From positions 1-62,718 of the IMG/VR virus record IMGVR_UViG_3300028901_000105: a stretch of DNA of 62,718 bases, one strand, 5' to 3'. Within the stretch, counting starts at the first letter, position 1. Each line of letters opens with the position of its first letter. Made by a program: the position numbers and the translations under genes. The notes under the pieces are model-generated. The model saw only the letters and a program-made list of their open reading frames with translations, was not told where the DNA came from and did no database searches. Source of the DNA: a virus. Below are positions 40,693-49,607 of the stretch, one piece after another.

Positions 40693-41439
40693 ATGAATGT
40701 CCCCGCAAAGGCTTGTACATGCTGCAAGCGTGAATTTCCAGCTACGACAGAATTTTTCTACAAATCGAAAACGGGGCGCGATGGCCTTATGTCGGAATGC
40801 AAAGAATGCCGACGCGCCTACGCGAAAGTGCAGGGTCAGCGTCCGGAAGTTATCGCGCGTGATAAAGCCCGACGAAAAACACCCAAGTTCAAGGATCGCA
40901 ATCGGGAATATCAACGCGAATGGATGCGACTCCCTGAAAACAAGGAACGCAGCAAGCGTTATCGTGATGCGAATAAAGATCGGATACGCATTCGAGACGC
41001 TGAATACCGTTCACGCCCTGAACAACTAACCAAGCAACGAGTACGGCGGCAATCCGAAGATTACAAGACTTATATGGGAATCTTTGGACTAAAAAGACGT
41101 GCGCGGCGCAAGGGATTACCGTCAACGCTCACAAAGGCAGATTGGGAACGGGCGTTAGATTATTGGGGAAATCGGTGTTGTATTTGCGGCAAAGAAGCTG
41201 ATTCTTGTACAGTGATTGCAAGAGAACACTGGATACCCCAATGTAAAGGGGGCGGATATACCCCCGAAAATATTCTACCCATGTGTCATTCTGTTAAGGG
41301 TGGTAGAGGCGGTTGTAACAATACTAAAAACAGCACAGACCCTATCAAGTGGCTTGTGCATAAATTAGGAGAAGAAAGCGCACTCCTAAAACTAGCTGAG
41401 ATTAATGACTATTTTGAATGGGCAAGTCAGCAAGGGTGA
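40693..41439 (+). CDS. HNH endonuclease, paralog 3
   Basis: CTCCKREFPATTEFF..SECKECR, a basic repeat region, EHWIPQCKGG..NILPMCHS..CNNTKN, and the C-terminal INDYFEWA. Confidence 0.7.
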   Translation: MNVPAKACTCCKREFPATTEFFYKSKTGRDGLMSECKECRRAYAKVQGQRPEVIARDKARRKTPKFKDRNREYQREWMRLPENKERSKRYRDANKDRIRIRDAEYRSRPEQLTKQRVRRQSEDYKTYMGIFGLKRRARRKGLPSTLTKADWERALDYWGNRCCICGKEADSCTVIAREHWIPQCKGGGYTPENILPMCHSVKGGRGGCNNTKNSTDPIKWLVHKLGEESALLKLAEINDYFEWASQQG

Positions 41440-41447
41440 TAATCATT

Positions 41448-41477
41448 AAGGGGTATATTGTGTACCCCTTAATTTTT
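41448..41477 (+). terminator. Rho-independent terminator after HNH-3
   Basis: aaggggta-tattgtg-tacccctt followed by aattttt. Confidence 0.75.
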
Positions 41478-41517
41478 AAGTAGAATTAGAACATCAGTTC
41501 TTTATTTGAGGAATGCC

Positions 41518-42000
41518 ATGCCCCGGCCTCGTAATGGGGAGAAGCCTCAAAAGGGCAAAAAGTCCGTGCGTTGGGATATTGACCCAGAGATATTGGCGCG
41601 TCTCACGGTTGTGCAGTCGATGATGGTGCAGAAGGCGCGGTCGTGGCAAATTGCGAACGCGATGGGCTACGATGTGCGGACGGCGCTGCGCGACATGGAC
41701 AGGGTACGTGAACTGCAACGTCGGGAGTCCATTGGCGAAATTATCACGCTGCGCAACGAAAGCCTTGCCCAACTGGATGAGGTTATCCTGCGGTCATGGG
41801 AAAGCTACCGGGCGGCTGATAAACCCCACATCAAAAATGACTGCCTTCGAGTCATTTTGCAGGCGCAAAAGCAGAAGGATGAGATTCTTGGCACCAAAGC
41901 GCCTGACACCATTAAACACACAGGGAGTTTGGGTCTGACGCTTGACCCCAAAGGGCTAACCGACGATGAGCTTGCAGCTATCGCGGCAGGACGCGGCTAG
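41518..42000 (+). CDS. Terminase small subunit (putative)
   Basis: ATG after GAGGAA. Basic N-terminus, HTH-like ARSWQIANAMGYDVRTALRDM. Immediately upstream of the large terminase. Confidence 0.55.
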   Translation: MPRPRNGEKPQKGKKSVRWDIDPEILARLTVVQSMMVQKARSWQIANAMGYDVRTALRDMDRVRELQRRESIGEIITLRNESLAQLDEVILRSWESYRAADKPHIKNDCLRVILQAQKQKDEILGTKAPDTIKHTGSLGLTLDPKGLTDDELAAIAAGRG

Positions 42001-43468
42001 TGAGCTGATCGCACGTCGCCAAGCCCGAAACAGCCTGATCGCGTTTGCCCAATACACCTATCCGGGGTATCTCGTTGACCCGATGCATGAACTCATTGCA
42101 TCCAAATTGGATGCAGTGGCGGATGGGAAAATACGGCGGCTTATCATTACCGCTCCCCCGCAGCACGGGAAATCCCTCTTAACCTCTGTGCTGTTTCCCG
42201 CCTATTGGATGGGCAAACGCCCCAACGATCCGGTCATTATTTCCAGTTACGCGGCAGATCTCGCCCATTCCAAATCCCGCGAGTCGCGCGGTATTGTCGA
42301 AGGGCATGAATACCGGGCGTTGTTTGGCGATTTGGTGTCTCAAGATTTTGTCCCGGTCGCCACCAGCCCAGACAGCCGCGCAGTAGACGAATGGCATCTC
42401 AAAATCCCGTATCGGGGCGGAATGCGGGCGGTTGGTGTTGGCGGCGGGTTGACAGGTTTCCCCGGCATGTTGGGCATCATCGATGACCCAATGGCGGGCT
42501 GGAAAGAAGCCCAATCCCGTACCGAACGCGATAATGCCCGTGAGTGGTACAAGTCAGTATTCCGCACCCGTATTTGGGAGGGCGGCGCGATTGTTATTAT
42601 CATGACTCGCTGGCACGCAGATGACCTTGCTGGGTGGCTGCTCAAAACACAAGCGGGGTTATGGGAAGTGCTGCGCCTGCCCGCTTTAGCCGAAACCCAA
42701 GAACAGCGCGACCGCAATAATGTGTATCTAGGGCTGCCTGAAGGACTGCCTGATCCATTAGGCCGCGAACCCGGTGAACCGGTCGCCCCGCGCCGATTCA
42801 GCAAAGACGCACTGCTCGAAATCAAAAGCGAGTCTGGGTCAGTGGTGTGGGGCGCACTGTATGACGGTGTTCCACGTCCAGCAGAAGGCAACCGTTGGAA
42901 GCGGCATTGGTTTGAAATCGTGGATGCCGTTCCCGCGCGGGCAAAACGCATTCGCTATTGGGACAAAGCGGACAACGAAGGGGAGGGGGCGGCGACTGCT
43001 GGTGTGCTGCTGGCGCAAGTCAATGGGATGACCTATGTCGAAGATGTGGTGCGCGGGTTTTGGTCAGCCTATGAACGCGAAAAGATCATTAAACAAACCG
43101 CCCAATTAGATGCCCAGAAATATGGCGGACCGTCCGCCGTTGAAATTTGGATTGAGCAAGAACCCGGCAGCGGCGGTAAGGAAAGCGCAGAAGCGACGAT
43201 TAAAAACCTTTCCGGGTTTAAAGTCAGAAAAGAAACCGCATCGGGCGATAAAGATACGCGCCTTGAACCGTTTGCAGCCCAAGCGGAGGCGGGGAATGTA
43301 CGTCTGAAACGGGCAGCATGGAATGGTGATTACATTGAGGAATTTGTCGCTATTCCCAACGGCGCGTACCGCGACCAGTCAGATGCAACGAGTGGCGCAT
43401 TCAATAAATTCATCAGACCGACCCGCCAAGCCACCCTTCTTGAGCAAACAGGATTGTATGACCGTTAA
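41966..43468 (+). CDS. Terminase large subunit
   Basis: Walker A ITAPPQHGKS. Walker B-like GMLGIIDDP. MTRWHADDL. C-terminal nuclease-type acidic motifs. 500 aa. Confidence 0.85.
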   Translation: MSLQLSRQDAASELIARRQARNSLIAFAQYTYPGYLVDPMHELIASKLDAVADGKIRRLIITAPPQHGKSLLTSVLFPAYWMGKRPNDPVIISSYAADLAHSKSRESRGIVEGHEYRALFGDLVSQDFVPVATSPDSRAVDEWHLKIPYRGGMRAVGVGGGLTGFPGMLGIIDDPMAGWKEAQSRTERDNAREWYKSVFRTRIWEGGAIVIIMTRWHADDLAGWLLKTQAGLWEVLRLPALAETQEQRDRNNVYLGLPEGLPDPLGREPGEPVAPRRFSKDALLEIKSESGSVVWGALYDGVPRPAEGNRWKRHWFEIVDAVPARAKRIRYWDKADNEGEGAATAGVLLAQVNGMTYVEDVVRGFWSAYEREKIIKQTAQLDAQKYGGPSAVEIWIEQEPGSGGKESAEATIKNLSGFKVRKETASGDKDTRLEPFAAQAEAGNVRLKRAAWNGDYIEEFVAIPNGAYRDQSDATSGAFNKFIRPTRQATLLEQTGLYDR

Positions 43469-43529
43469 GGCGTTGGACAGTCTTTATTTTTTCTGTATAA
43501 TTGAGTAGAACAAAGGTTCGGAATATGCT

Positions 43530-45056
43530 ATGACTACTCGCCAAAAAACATCTACTGAGATTCGAAAACAGCGCCAGCGCGTCCATGAAGTCATCGGACG
43601 TTCGGGTTCGATAACGGGGTCTGCTTTCTCCCGAAACAGCGCGTCCTATACCTATGACACCACCATCACCGATTATGCTTGGTGGGACAAGTTTCGGCGC
43701 GGAATGCTCAAAGGGTATGAGTTCTCAGGGCTGTTTGCCAAGCCTATCACGCAGATTATCAGTGGTTGGGTTTTGGGGTCAGGCATTGACGCGAGTCTGG
43801 TCACAGATGAAGTAGGCGAATCGGTTGACTACACCAATGATGTACTCAATCGGTTGATGAAAGCCCTACATGGTTTTTTGGGGCAGGTGGTTGAAGATTT
43901 ATACGGGTTGGGCGATCAGTATGTGATCGTCAATCTGGATGGGTCGTTCAGCGTGCCGTCGCCGGAAACCGTAGATGTTGAACACGATTTGCTGGATTAC
44001 CGAACTGCTGTTAAATACACCATTTCCAACAAGCTCCCCAACGGGCTTGAAGTTAAAGACATCTTTACCGCGGAGAGCCGCACCCTGCGGGTTAAAACCA
44101 GTGACAAGCTGAAGGCGGTTGAACTGCGGGCGCGGGGTTTCCAGCAAATTAGCGGCGACGAATTTGAACTGGTGTACGAAAACCTGATCGGGCGTATCCC
44201 CATTGTTCACTTCGCCAATGATCGCAGCAGCAACGAAATGCGGGGACGCCCCATCTATGAGGCTTTGTATCGACTGTTTAGTCGGTACAACGATCTCCTC
44301 GAAAAGATGGTTACAGGCGCTGCTCTGCTCGGCAATCCCATTCCCACCTTTGAAGGACTCGAAGATATAGATGGGACAATCGCTGCAAACGGGTCGCCAA
44401 CCAATGAAACCTACACAGACGCGCAAGGCAATGAGCGTCAGCGTTACAAACTCTCCTTTGACAAAATCCCTGCCATCTTAGTGCCGGGGAACGGACGGTT
44501 TAAATTCTCCGGCCCGGATATTGGTTTCACCAAAGACTTGATTGAAGCCCTCAAAACCATGTTTCTGCTCATTATGGAATTTACCCGCATTCCAGATGGG
44601 ATGTGGGGTGCAGAACTTGGCAGTGCTCGCGCCACGTTGGTTGAGCAGATGAAAACCTTCGAGATGTATGTGACGTCGCGGCGGGCGTTGCTCAGTGGGC
44701 AGGGGACAGATGAAGTATTGGGGATGCAGGCGAAGGGCGGCTTGCTGGAATTGGTTGAGATTTGGCTGATGATTAAGCGCCTCACTGATCCGCGCATTGT
44801 TGTGGGTGCGGTCACGATTACCTATCAACCGCTGAATGAAGAGGACAAGAAACTACTCTTTGACAAGATCAAGCACGCTGACGATACTGGCAAACTGACC
44901 GATGTCACTGCACTGGATTTACTAGGGTTGGTCGCTGACCCTGAAGCCGAAATTGAAGCTGCAAAAAAGGAACGGGCTGAAAGCGATCCCTTTGAGAATT
45001 CCGTAGATACAGACCTACTAAATGGCAACACAAATAATGATGAGGAGGCCGCATAA
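43530..45056 (+). CDS. Portal protein
   Basis: 508 aa directly after the large terminase, with an acidic C-terminus. Call rests on position and size. Confidence 0.65.
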   Translation: MTTRQKTSTEIRKQRQRVHEVIGRSGSITGSAFSRNSASYTYDTTITDYAWWDKFRRGMLKGYEFSGLFAKPITQIISGWVLGSGIDASLVTDEVGESVDYTNDVLNRLMKALHGFLGQVVEDLYGLGDQYVIVNLDGSFSVPSPETVDVEHDLLDYRTAVKYTISNKLPNGLEVKDIFTAESRTLRVKTSDKLKAVELRARGFQQISGDEFELVYENLIGRIPIVHFANDRSSNEMRGRPIYEALYRLFSRYNDLLEKMVTGAALLGNPIPTFEGLEDIDGTIAANGSPTNETYTDAQGNERQRYKLSFDKIPAILVPGNGRFKFSGPDIGFTKDLIEALKTMFLLIMEFTRIPDGMWGAELGSARATLVEQMKTFEMYVTSRRALLSGQGTDEVLGMQAKGGLLELVEIWLMIKRLTDPRIVVGAVTITYQPLNEEDKKLLFDKIKHADDTGKLTDVTALDLLGLVADPEAEIEAAKKERAESDPFENSVDTDLLNGNTNNDEEAA

Positions 45057-45511
45057 TGGCTGGATGGACGAATCGTGGCAAGAAGCTGATTATGGATAGT
45101 TTTTTCCGTGCAGCTACCCCGCCTACAAATTTCTATGTCGCACTGGTGACGAGCGCAACCGCGCCGACTGCCGATACCAATACCCTAAGTGAATTGACCG
45201 AAATCGCGGCGGGTAATGGGTATACCTCTGGTGGCATTAGCCTCAGCCGTAACAGTACGGACTTTGACACTCTGACTGAAAATGACACCGATGACCGGGG
45301 CGAATTGCTCATCAAGGATTTGGCATGGACGGCCAGCGGTGGGCCACTACCTGCCAGCGGCAACGGTGCGCGGTACGCGGTGCTGACCACTGATGAAGGC
45401 ACGGTCGGCAATCGTCAAGTGATCGCATTCTGGAGTTTGACCAGTGATCGCTCCGTATCCGTTGGGCAGACGCTTACCTTGCAAAACTGCGAACTCCGCT
45501 TGACTGAATAG
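45056..45511 (+). CDS. Hypothetical virion-module protein
   Basis: 151-aa ORF with TAATG coupling. Confidence 0.65.
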   Translation: MAGWTNRGKKLIMDSFFRAATPPTNFYVALVTSATAPTADTNTLSELTEIAAGNGYTSGGISLSRNSTDFDTLTENDTDDRGELLIKDLAWTASGGPLPASGNGARYAVLTTDEGTVGNRQVIAFWSLTSDRSVSVGQTLTLQNCELRLTE

Positions 45512-45528
45512 CGCAGGAGGCTTCACCA

Positions 45529-45783
45529 ATGGCCGCTTTGACAAATACTGATCGCATAGCGATTTGGCAGAAAATGATGGAATCCATGTCTCGCGCAAAC
45601 GAGTCGTGTTCACTGACAAAACCCCAACTCCGGGCCGCCATTGATGCGGCGGACGATTGGGCTGATGCCAACGCTGCTGCATACAATAATGCATTACCTG
45701 CCGCCGCGCGTACCAATCTGACAGCAAAGCAAAAAGCCTATTTGCTGGCACTGGTCATCATGCGGCGATGGGAGGTCGGCTGA
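45529..45783 (+). CDS. Hypothetical protein
   Basis: 84-aa ORF. Confidence 0.6.
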   Translation: MAALTNTDRIAIWQKMMESMSRANESCSLTKPQLRAAIDAADDWADANAAAYNNALPAAARTNLTAKQKAYLLALVIMRRWEVG

Positions 45784-46280
45784 TGGCTACACGGTTTGTA
45801 CTCACTCCCGAATCGGCTGCACCCGTTGCAGGCTCTACTTTCCCAGAGCGCGGACGAGACGCCCAAGACCGTTCCTATTTGGCGTTCGATGCTGCGAATG
45901 ATGAACTTGCCGAATGGGGCGGTCTGGTGATGCCGCAAGGTATCACGGGAACATGGACGGCGCTGGTGTATTACTACATGGCCTCGGCAACCAGCGGCAG
46001 TGTACGCGGGCAAGGCGCGGCTGAGTGCATCACCCCCGGCGATGCCCTTGATCTGGATTCTGCCAGCAGTTTCGATACCGCCAACAGTGCTGGTGATACT
46101 GTGCCAGCGACAGGGCAGTACTCGGATGTGTTGAGCATCACCATGACCAACATGGACAGCCCCGCCGCTGGTGATTTATTTCGCTTTCGCTTTAACCGGG
46201 ATGCTGACCAGACAAGCGGGACGGATGACGCCGCTGGAGATATGCGCGTTATATCAATCGAACTCCGCGATGGTGCGTAA
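45783..46280 (+). CDS. Hypothetical protein
   Basis: ATG after GGAGG, overlapping the upstream stop (TGATG). 165 aa. Confidence 0.6.
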   Translation: MATRFVLTPESAAPVAGSTFPERGRDAQDRSYLAFDAANDELAEWGGLVMPQGITGTWTALVYYYMASATSGSVRGQGAAECITPGDALDLDSASSFDTANSAGDTVPATGQYSDVLSITMTNMDSPAAGDLFRFRFNRDADQTSGTDDAAGDMRVISIELRDGA

Positions 46281-46283
46281 TCC

Positions 46284-47903
46284 ATGACCCGCTTTGATGC
46301 CGCCGCAGATCGTCAGTTAAGGACGAGCGATTTGCTCTCCATGAACAGTGATTACACGATCATGGGTTGGGCTTATTTGTCGTCTGATACCAATACCTAT
46401 CAGACGTTCTACGGGGTATCCGACGACAGCACCAACAACTTCGACACCTGTGGCGCAAGTGCCGATGGCACAACCTTCATGGTTGGGCGAACCAATGGTG
46501 GCGCTGGTACGTTCGTCGAAAATACAGGGACGGTGCTGTCCTTAAATACGTGGTATCACTGGTGCGTGGTGCGGTCGGGCAGCAACTTGACCGGGTATCT
46601 GAATGGCGTTCAGGATGTCACCATCAGCAGCAGCATCAGCGGACGTGCGGCTGCTACACGCATGGAACTCGGTGGGGCAACCTCTGCTAATCTTTCTCGG
46701 CTGGACGGGCGCGAAAATTACATCAAGGCATGGGCGGCTGCCCTCACGCTGGCGGAAATCAACATTGAACGCCCGCTGATTCGTCCAACACGGCTGGCAA
46801 ATCTGTATGGTTGGTGGCCGCTGCTGGCGGGCAGCGCCGAAAGATTGCGGGACTATTCAGGATTCGGACGGGCATGGACTGAAGTCGGAACGCTGACGGA
46901 TGAAGACCAACCCCCTGTTGCATGGGGCGGCTCGATTTATGTCATAGCACCGAACTTCAGCGTTGCGATAACACCCAATCCAGTCAGCGCGGCGGCATCT
47001 AAGATTGACCCAACGGTTGTACTTGGAAGCCTATCCCTATCACCCAACCCGGCAGCCAGCAGCGCGGCGGTTGTTGACCCTACAACCGTTTTAGGCAGCG
47101 TCGCCATTACCCCTTCGCCAGTAAGTGCTGCATCCAACGTAATCGCCCCCACTGTCGTACTCGGCAACGTTGTAATCACCCCTGCCAGCGCCGATAGTGT
47201 GACCGCAGTGGTCACGCCGGATGCGGTGTTGGGCAGTCTGACGATTGCCCTTGATCCTGTTCAGGCTGTTGCTGCGGTTGTTGCGCCGACTGTGCTGGAA
47301 GGCTCTGTTTCCATTACGCCATCCCCAGTGGCAACCGCCGCGTCTGGCGTCGATCCGATTGTGGCGATGGGCAGTCTGAGTCTTTTGCCTGCGGCAGCAG
47401 CGGCGGCAGCAGGTGTTATTGATCCGACTGTTGTGCTGGGCAGTATTGTCGTAGCACCGGGGGCGGCTAATGCGGTAGCAACGACCATAGCGCCAACAGT
47501 GGAAGGCGGCGGAATCATCTTCACGCCTGATCCGGCTTTGGTAGCAGCAGTGAGTGTCAATCCTGATGTTGTATTGGGCAGTCTGATTTTGACACCGCAA
47601 TTTGCTTCAGCGGTTGCGACAGTTCTTGATCCAACGGTCGTAGCAGGCGGTGATTTGGTAATTGCGCCAAATTCAGCATTCGCAGTCTGTACAACTTTCC
47701 AGCCAGATATCATTTTGAGCAGTGTTGTAATTACGCCCGCAGCAGGTGAAGTTGTAACAACCGTAAATAACCCTGCGGTCTTAGTTGGCTCACCTGAAAC
47801 ATCCGGCAGTGTGATAGTTACTACGCAACCTGCCGGGAGCGTTGCGTTTGCAATCATCCATGCGGGGACATTGACCATAGATATTCAACCGAGGGACTCA
47901 TGA
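46284..47903 (+). CDS. LamG-domain protein with 12 tandem 23-aa repeats (putative head or virion fibre)
   Basis: N-terminal YTIMGWAYL...WYHWCVVRSGSNLTGYLNG...YIKAWAAALT (LamG pattern), then repeats of the form ITPxPVxAAxxxxDPTVVLGSxx. Confidence 0.6.
   Translation: MTRFDAAADRQLRTSDLLSMNSDYTIMGWAYLSSDTNTYQTFYGVSDDSTNNFDTCGASADGTTFMVGRTNGGAGTFVENTGTVLSLNTWYHWCVVRSGSNLTGYLNGVQDVTISSSISGRAAATRMELGGATSANLSRLDGRENYIKAWAAALTLAEINIERPLIRPTRLANLYGWWPLLAGSAERLRDYSGFGRAWTEVGTLTDEDQPPVAWGGSIYVIAPNFSVAITPNPVSAAASKIDPTVVLGSLSLSPNPAASSAAVVDPTTVLGSVAITPSPVSAASNVIAPTVVLGNVVITPASADSVTAVVTPDAVLGSLTIALDPVQAVAAVVAPTVLEGSVSITPSPVATAASGVDPIVAMGSLSLLPAAAAAAAGVIDPTVVLGSIVVAPGAANAVATTIAPTVEGGGIIFTPDPALVAAVSVNPDVVLGSLILTPQFASAVATVLDPTVVAGGDLVIAPNSAFAVCTTFQPDIILSSVVITPAAGEVVTTVNNPAVLVGSPETSGSVIVTTQPAGSVAFAIIHAGTLTIDIQPRDS
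46968..47792 (+). repeat. Twelve diverged tandem 69-bp coding repeats
   Basis: Periodic ..P.P..A.....(D/A)PTV(V/L)LGS.. in the translation. 825 bp divided by 69 is about 12. Confidence 0.8.
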
Positions 47904-48196
47904 GTCAAGTTTTTAGCGGGGCTGAACAACAGCTGACGTTTACCTTTAAGAATGTCAGCGGCACATTGAGTAATCCCACAACCATTAGCTTTATGCTGAT
48001 GCGACCAGATGGGACGGTTGTATCCCCAACCTACACGCAGGCCGATATGAGCAATCCGTCAACAGGTGTTTGGCGTTTTCTGTTCACCTTCGATGAAGAA
48101 GGGCGCTGGCGGTATCGCATTACATCTACCGGAACGCCCAAAACAGCCTTTCAGGGTTTTGTTGACGTTGCAGATAATCCCTTTGCTGAGGTGTAA
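47900..48196 (+). CDS. Hypothetical beta-sandwich-like protein
   Basis: 98-aa ORF, coupled on both sides. Confidence 0.6.
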   Translation: MSQVFSGAEQQLTFTFKNVSGTLSNPTTISFMLMRPDGTVVSPTYTQADMSNPSTGVWRFLFTFDEEGRWRYRITSTGTPKTAFQGFVDVADNPFAEV

Positions 48197-49335
48197 TGGT
48201 CGAACCAATTGCAACCAAGCAGGTTTTGGGGAAAGCCCAAAAGGGATTCCGGCGCGATGTACGGTTGGAATTTCAACGGACTGCTGCATCTATTCGTCAA
48301 ACCATCATGCGGGCGGCCAACGCCAATGGTGTCATCCCAATCAGCCGTAAAGAAGCGGTTGTACGCGAAGCCGGGGGCATTCTCCAGCGCATGTTCATCG
48401 GCTACAACGGACAGCCTTTTGCAGACGATGGTGTGACGGCGACCGCGCCCTATCCGCAACTGCTCAACAAGTGGTATGTGCTGACGGTTACGGGGGTCGT
48501 CAAACAACACCATAACTGGATGAAGCGGCACATTCCCGAAGATGTGTTTAATGCACTACGGTGGCGGCGGTCGCGTCCCATTCCGGTCAAGGTTGCAGAA
48601 GCGGCTAACCCTTTCTTGCGCCACGAAGGGGAGAGCGTTGAAGACCATATCAAGCGGTTGGCTGACCTGCGTATCTTCCGCCCGAATCCGCTGGCGGAAT
48701 ACGACCCGATGCATACATGGGTTGATCCCAACGGATACCGACTCAGCGACCGCATTTGGAATACCAGCGATACCGCACGTAATCAGCTTAACAATCTCAT
48801 CCGGGACGCCATTAATCAGGGGATGCCTGCTGAGAAGCTGGCGAAGCTGATTGAACAGTTTCTTGACCCGGAGCGGGCGGCGCTGCGAACCCAGAAACCG
48901 TATGGGCGCGACGGCAGCTTTGATGCCATGCGCCTTGCGCGAACGGAGATTTCCCGCGCCCACGCGCAGGCGGCTTTTATCGCCGCCTATTTGAATCCCT
49001 ACACCAAAGGGGTTGATTGGGCGTTGTCGCCCTCCCATCCAAAACGGGATGTGTGCGATTCGCGCGCCACTATCGGCATGGGTGGCGAACGCCTCAAGGA
49101 CTCGTATCCATTTGAAAGCGCACAGCTTCCACCTGCACATCCCCATTGTTTATGTAGGGTGCAGTCAGACATGCGGGATGACCCGGCAACCGTCACCGCA
49201 CAGCTTAAGGCGATTCTAGACGATGCCCAAGCGCAGTATCTTGAACCCTATCTCACACCTGCGGCGATAGACGAATTTATCCTGTCGCTGCTTGGCCCAA
49301 TCCTCAATCAGTTCTTAGGACAACTGGCAGCATGA
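48196..49335 (+). CDS. Head morphogenesis protein (Mu F / SPP1 gp7-like)
   Basis: RTEISRAHAQA...DWALSPSHPKRDVCD...LPPAHPHCLCRV matches the Phage_Mu_F C-terminal pattern. Confidence 0.7.
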   Translation: MVEPIATKQVLGKAQKGFRRDVRLEFQRTAASIRQTIMRAANANGVIPISRKEAVVREAGGILQRMFIGYNGQPFADDGVTATAPYPQLLNKWYVLTVTGVVKQHHNWMKRHIPEDVFNALRWRRSRPIPVKVAEAANPFLRHEGESVEDHIKRLADLRIFRPNPLAEYDPMHTWVDPNGYRLSDRIWNTSDTARNQLNNLIRDAINQGMPAEKLAKLIEQFLDPERAALRTQKPYGRDGSFDAMRLARTEISRAHAQAAFIAAYLNPYTKGVDWALSPSHPKRDVCDSRATIGMGGERLKDSYPFESAQLPPAHPHCLCRVQSDMRDDPATVTAQLKAILDDAQAQYLEPYLTPAAIDEFILSLLGPILNQFLGQLAA

Positions 49336-49607
49336 ACCAACTTCCCAAGTTTAACTATTTCACTGACGTGCTGATTTATATCTGCGATACGTTCAATCTC
49401 GATCACCAGACGATGATTCTGCTCAGACAGCGGCTTGAGAAGGCATTTCACAGTCAAGGCAAGCCCAAGAAAAAAACACCTGCAACCCTGATGCAAATCG
49501 CACTATTGATGCTGTCGGACTTCAATGCAGGACGCACAGTTCAACAGGTTCTTGATCGGTCAGACAAGGACTTTATCAAGCTGGCACGAAAGGTTAAACC
49601 CCAATGA
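49332..49607 (+). CDS. Hypothetical protein
   Basis: 91-aa ORF, coupled. Confidence 0.55.
   Translation: MNQLPKFNYFTDVLIYICDTFNLDHQTMILLRQRLEKAFHSQGKPKKKTPATLMQIALLMLSDFNAGRTVQQVLDRSDKDFIKLARKVKPQ

Noticed and set aside
46968-47792. Possible CRISPR array or diversity-generating retroelement variable region (tandem repeats plus lectin-fold proteins)
   Set aside because: The repeats are contiguous, in frame and diverged, with no spacers. There is no reverse transcriptase gene and no template-repeat/variable-repeat pair anywhere in the genome.
47091-47878. Minus-strand ORFs of 169 and 205 aa over the 69-bp repeat array
   Set aside because: Antisense to the repeat-containing LamG gene. The open frames are a by-product of the Ala/Val/Pro-rich repeat.
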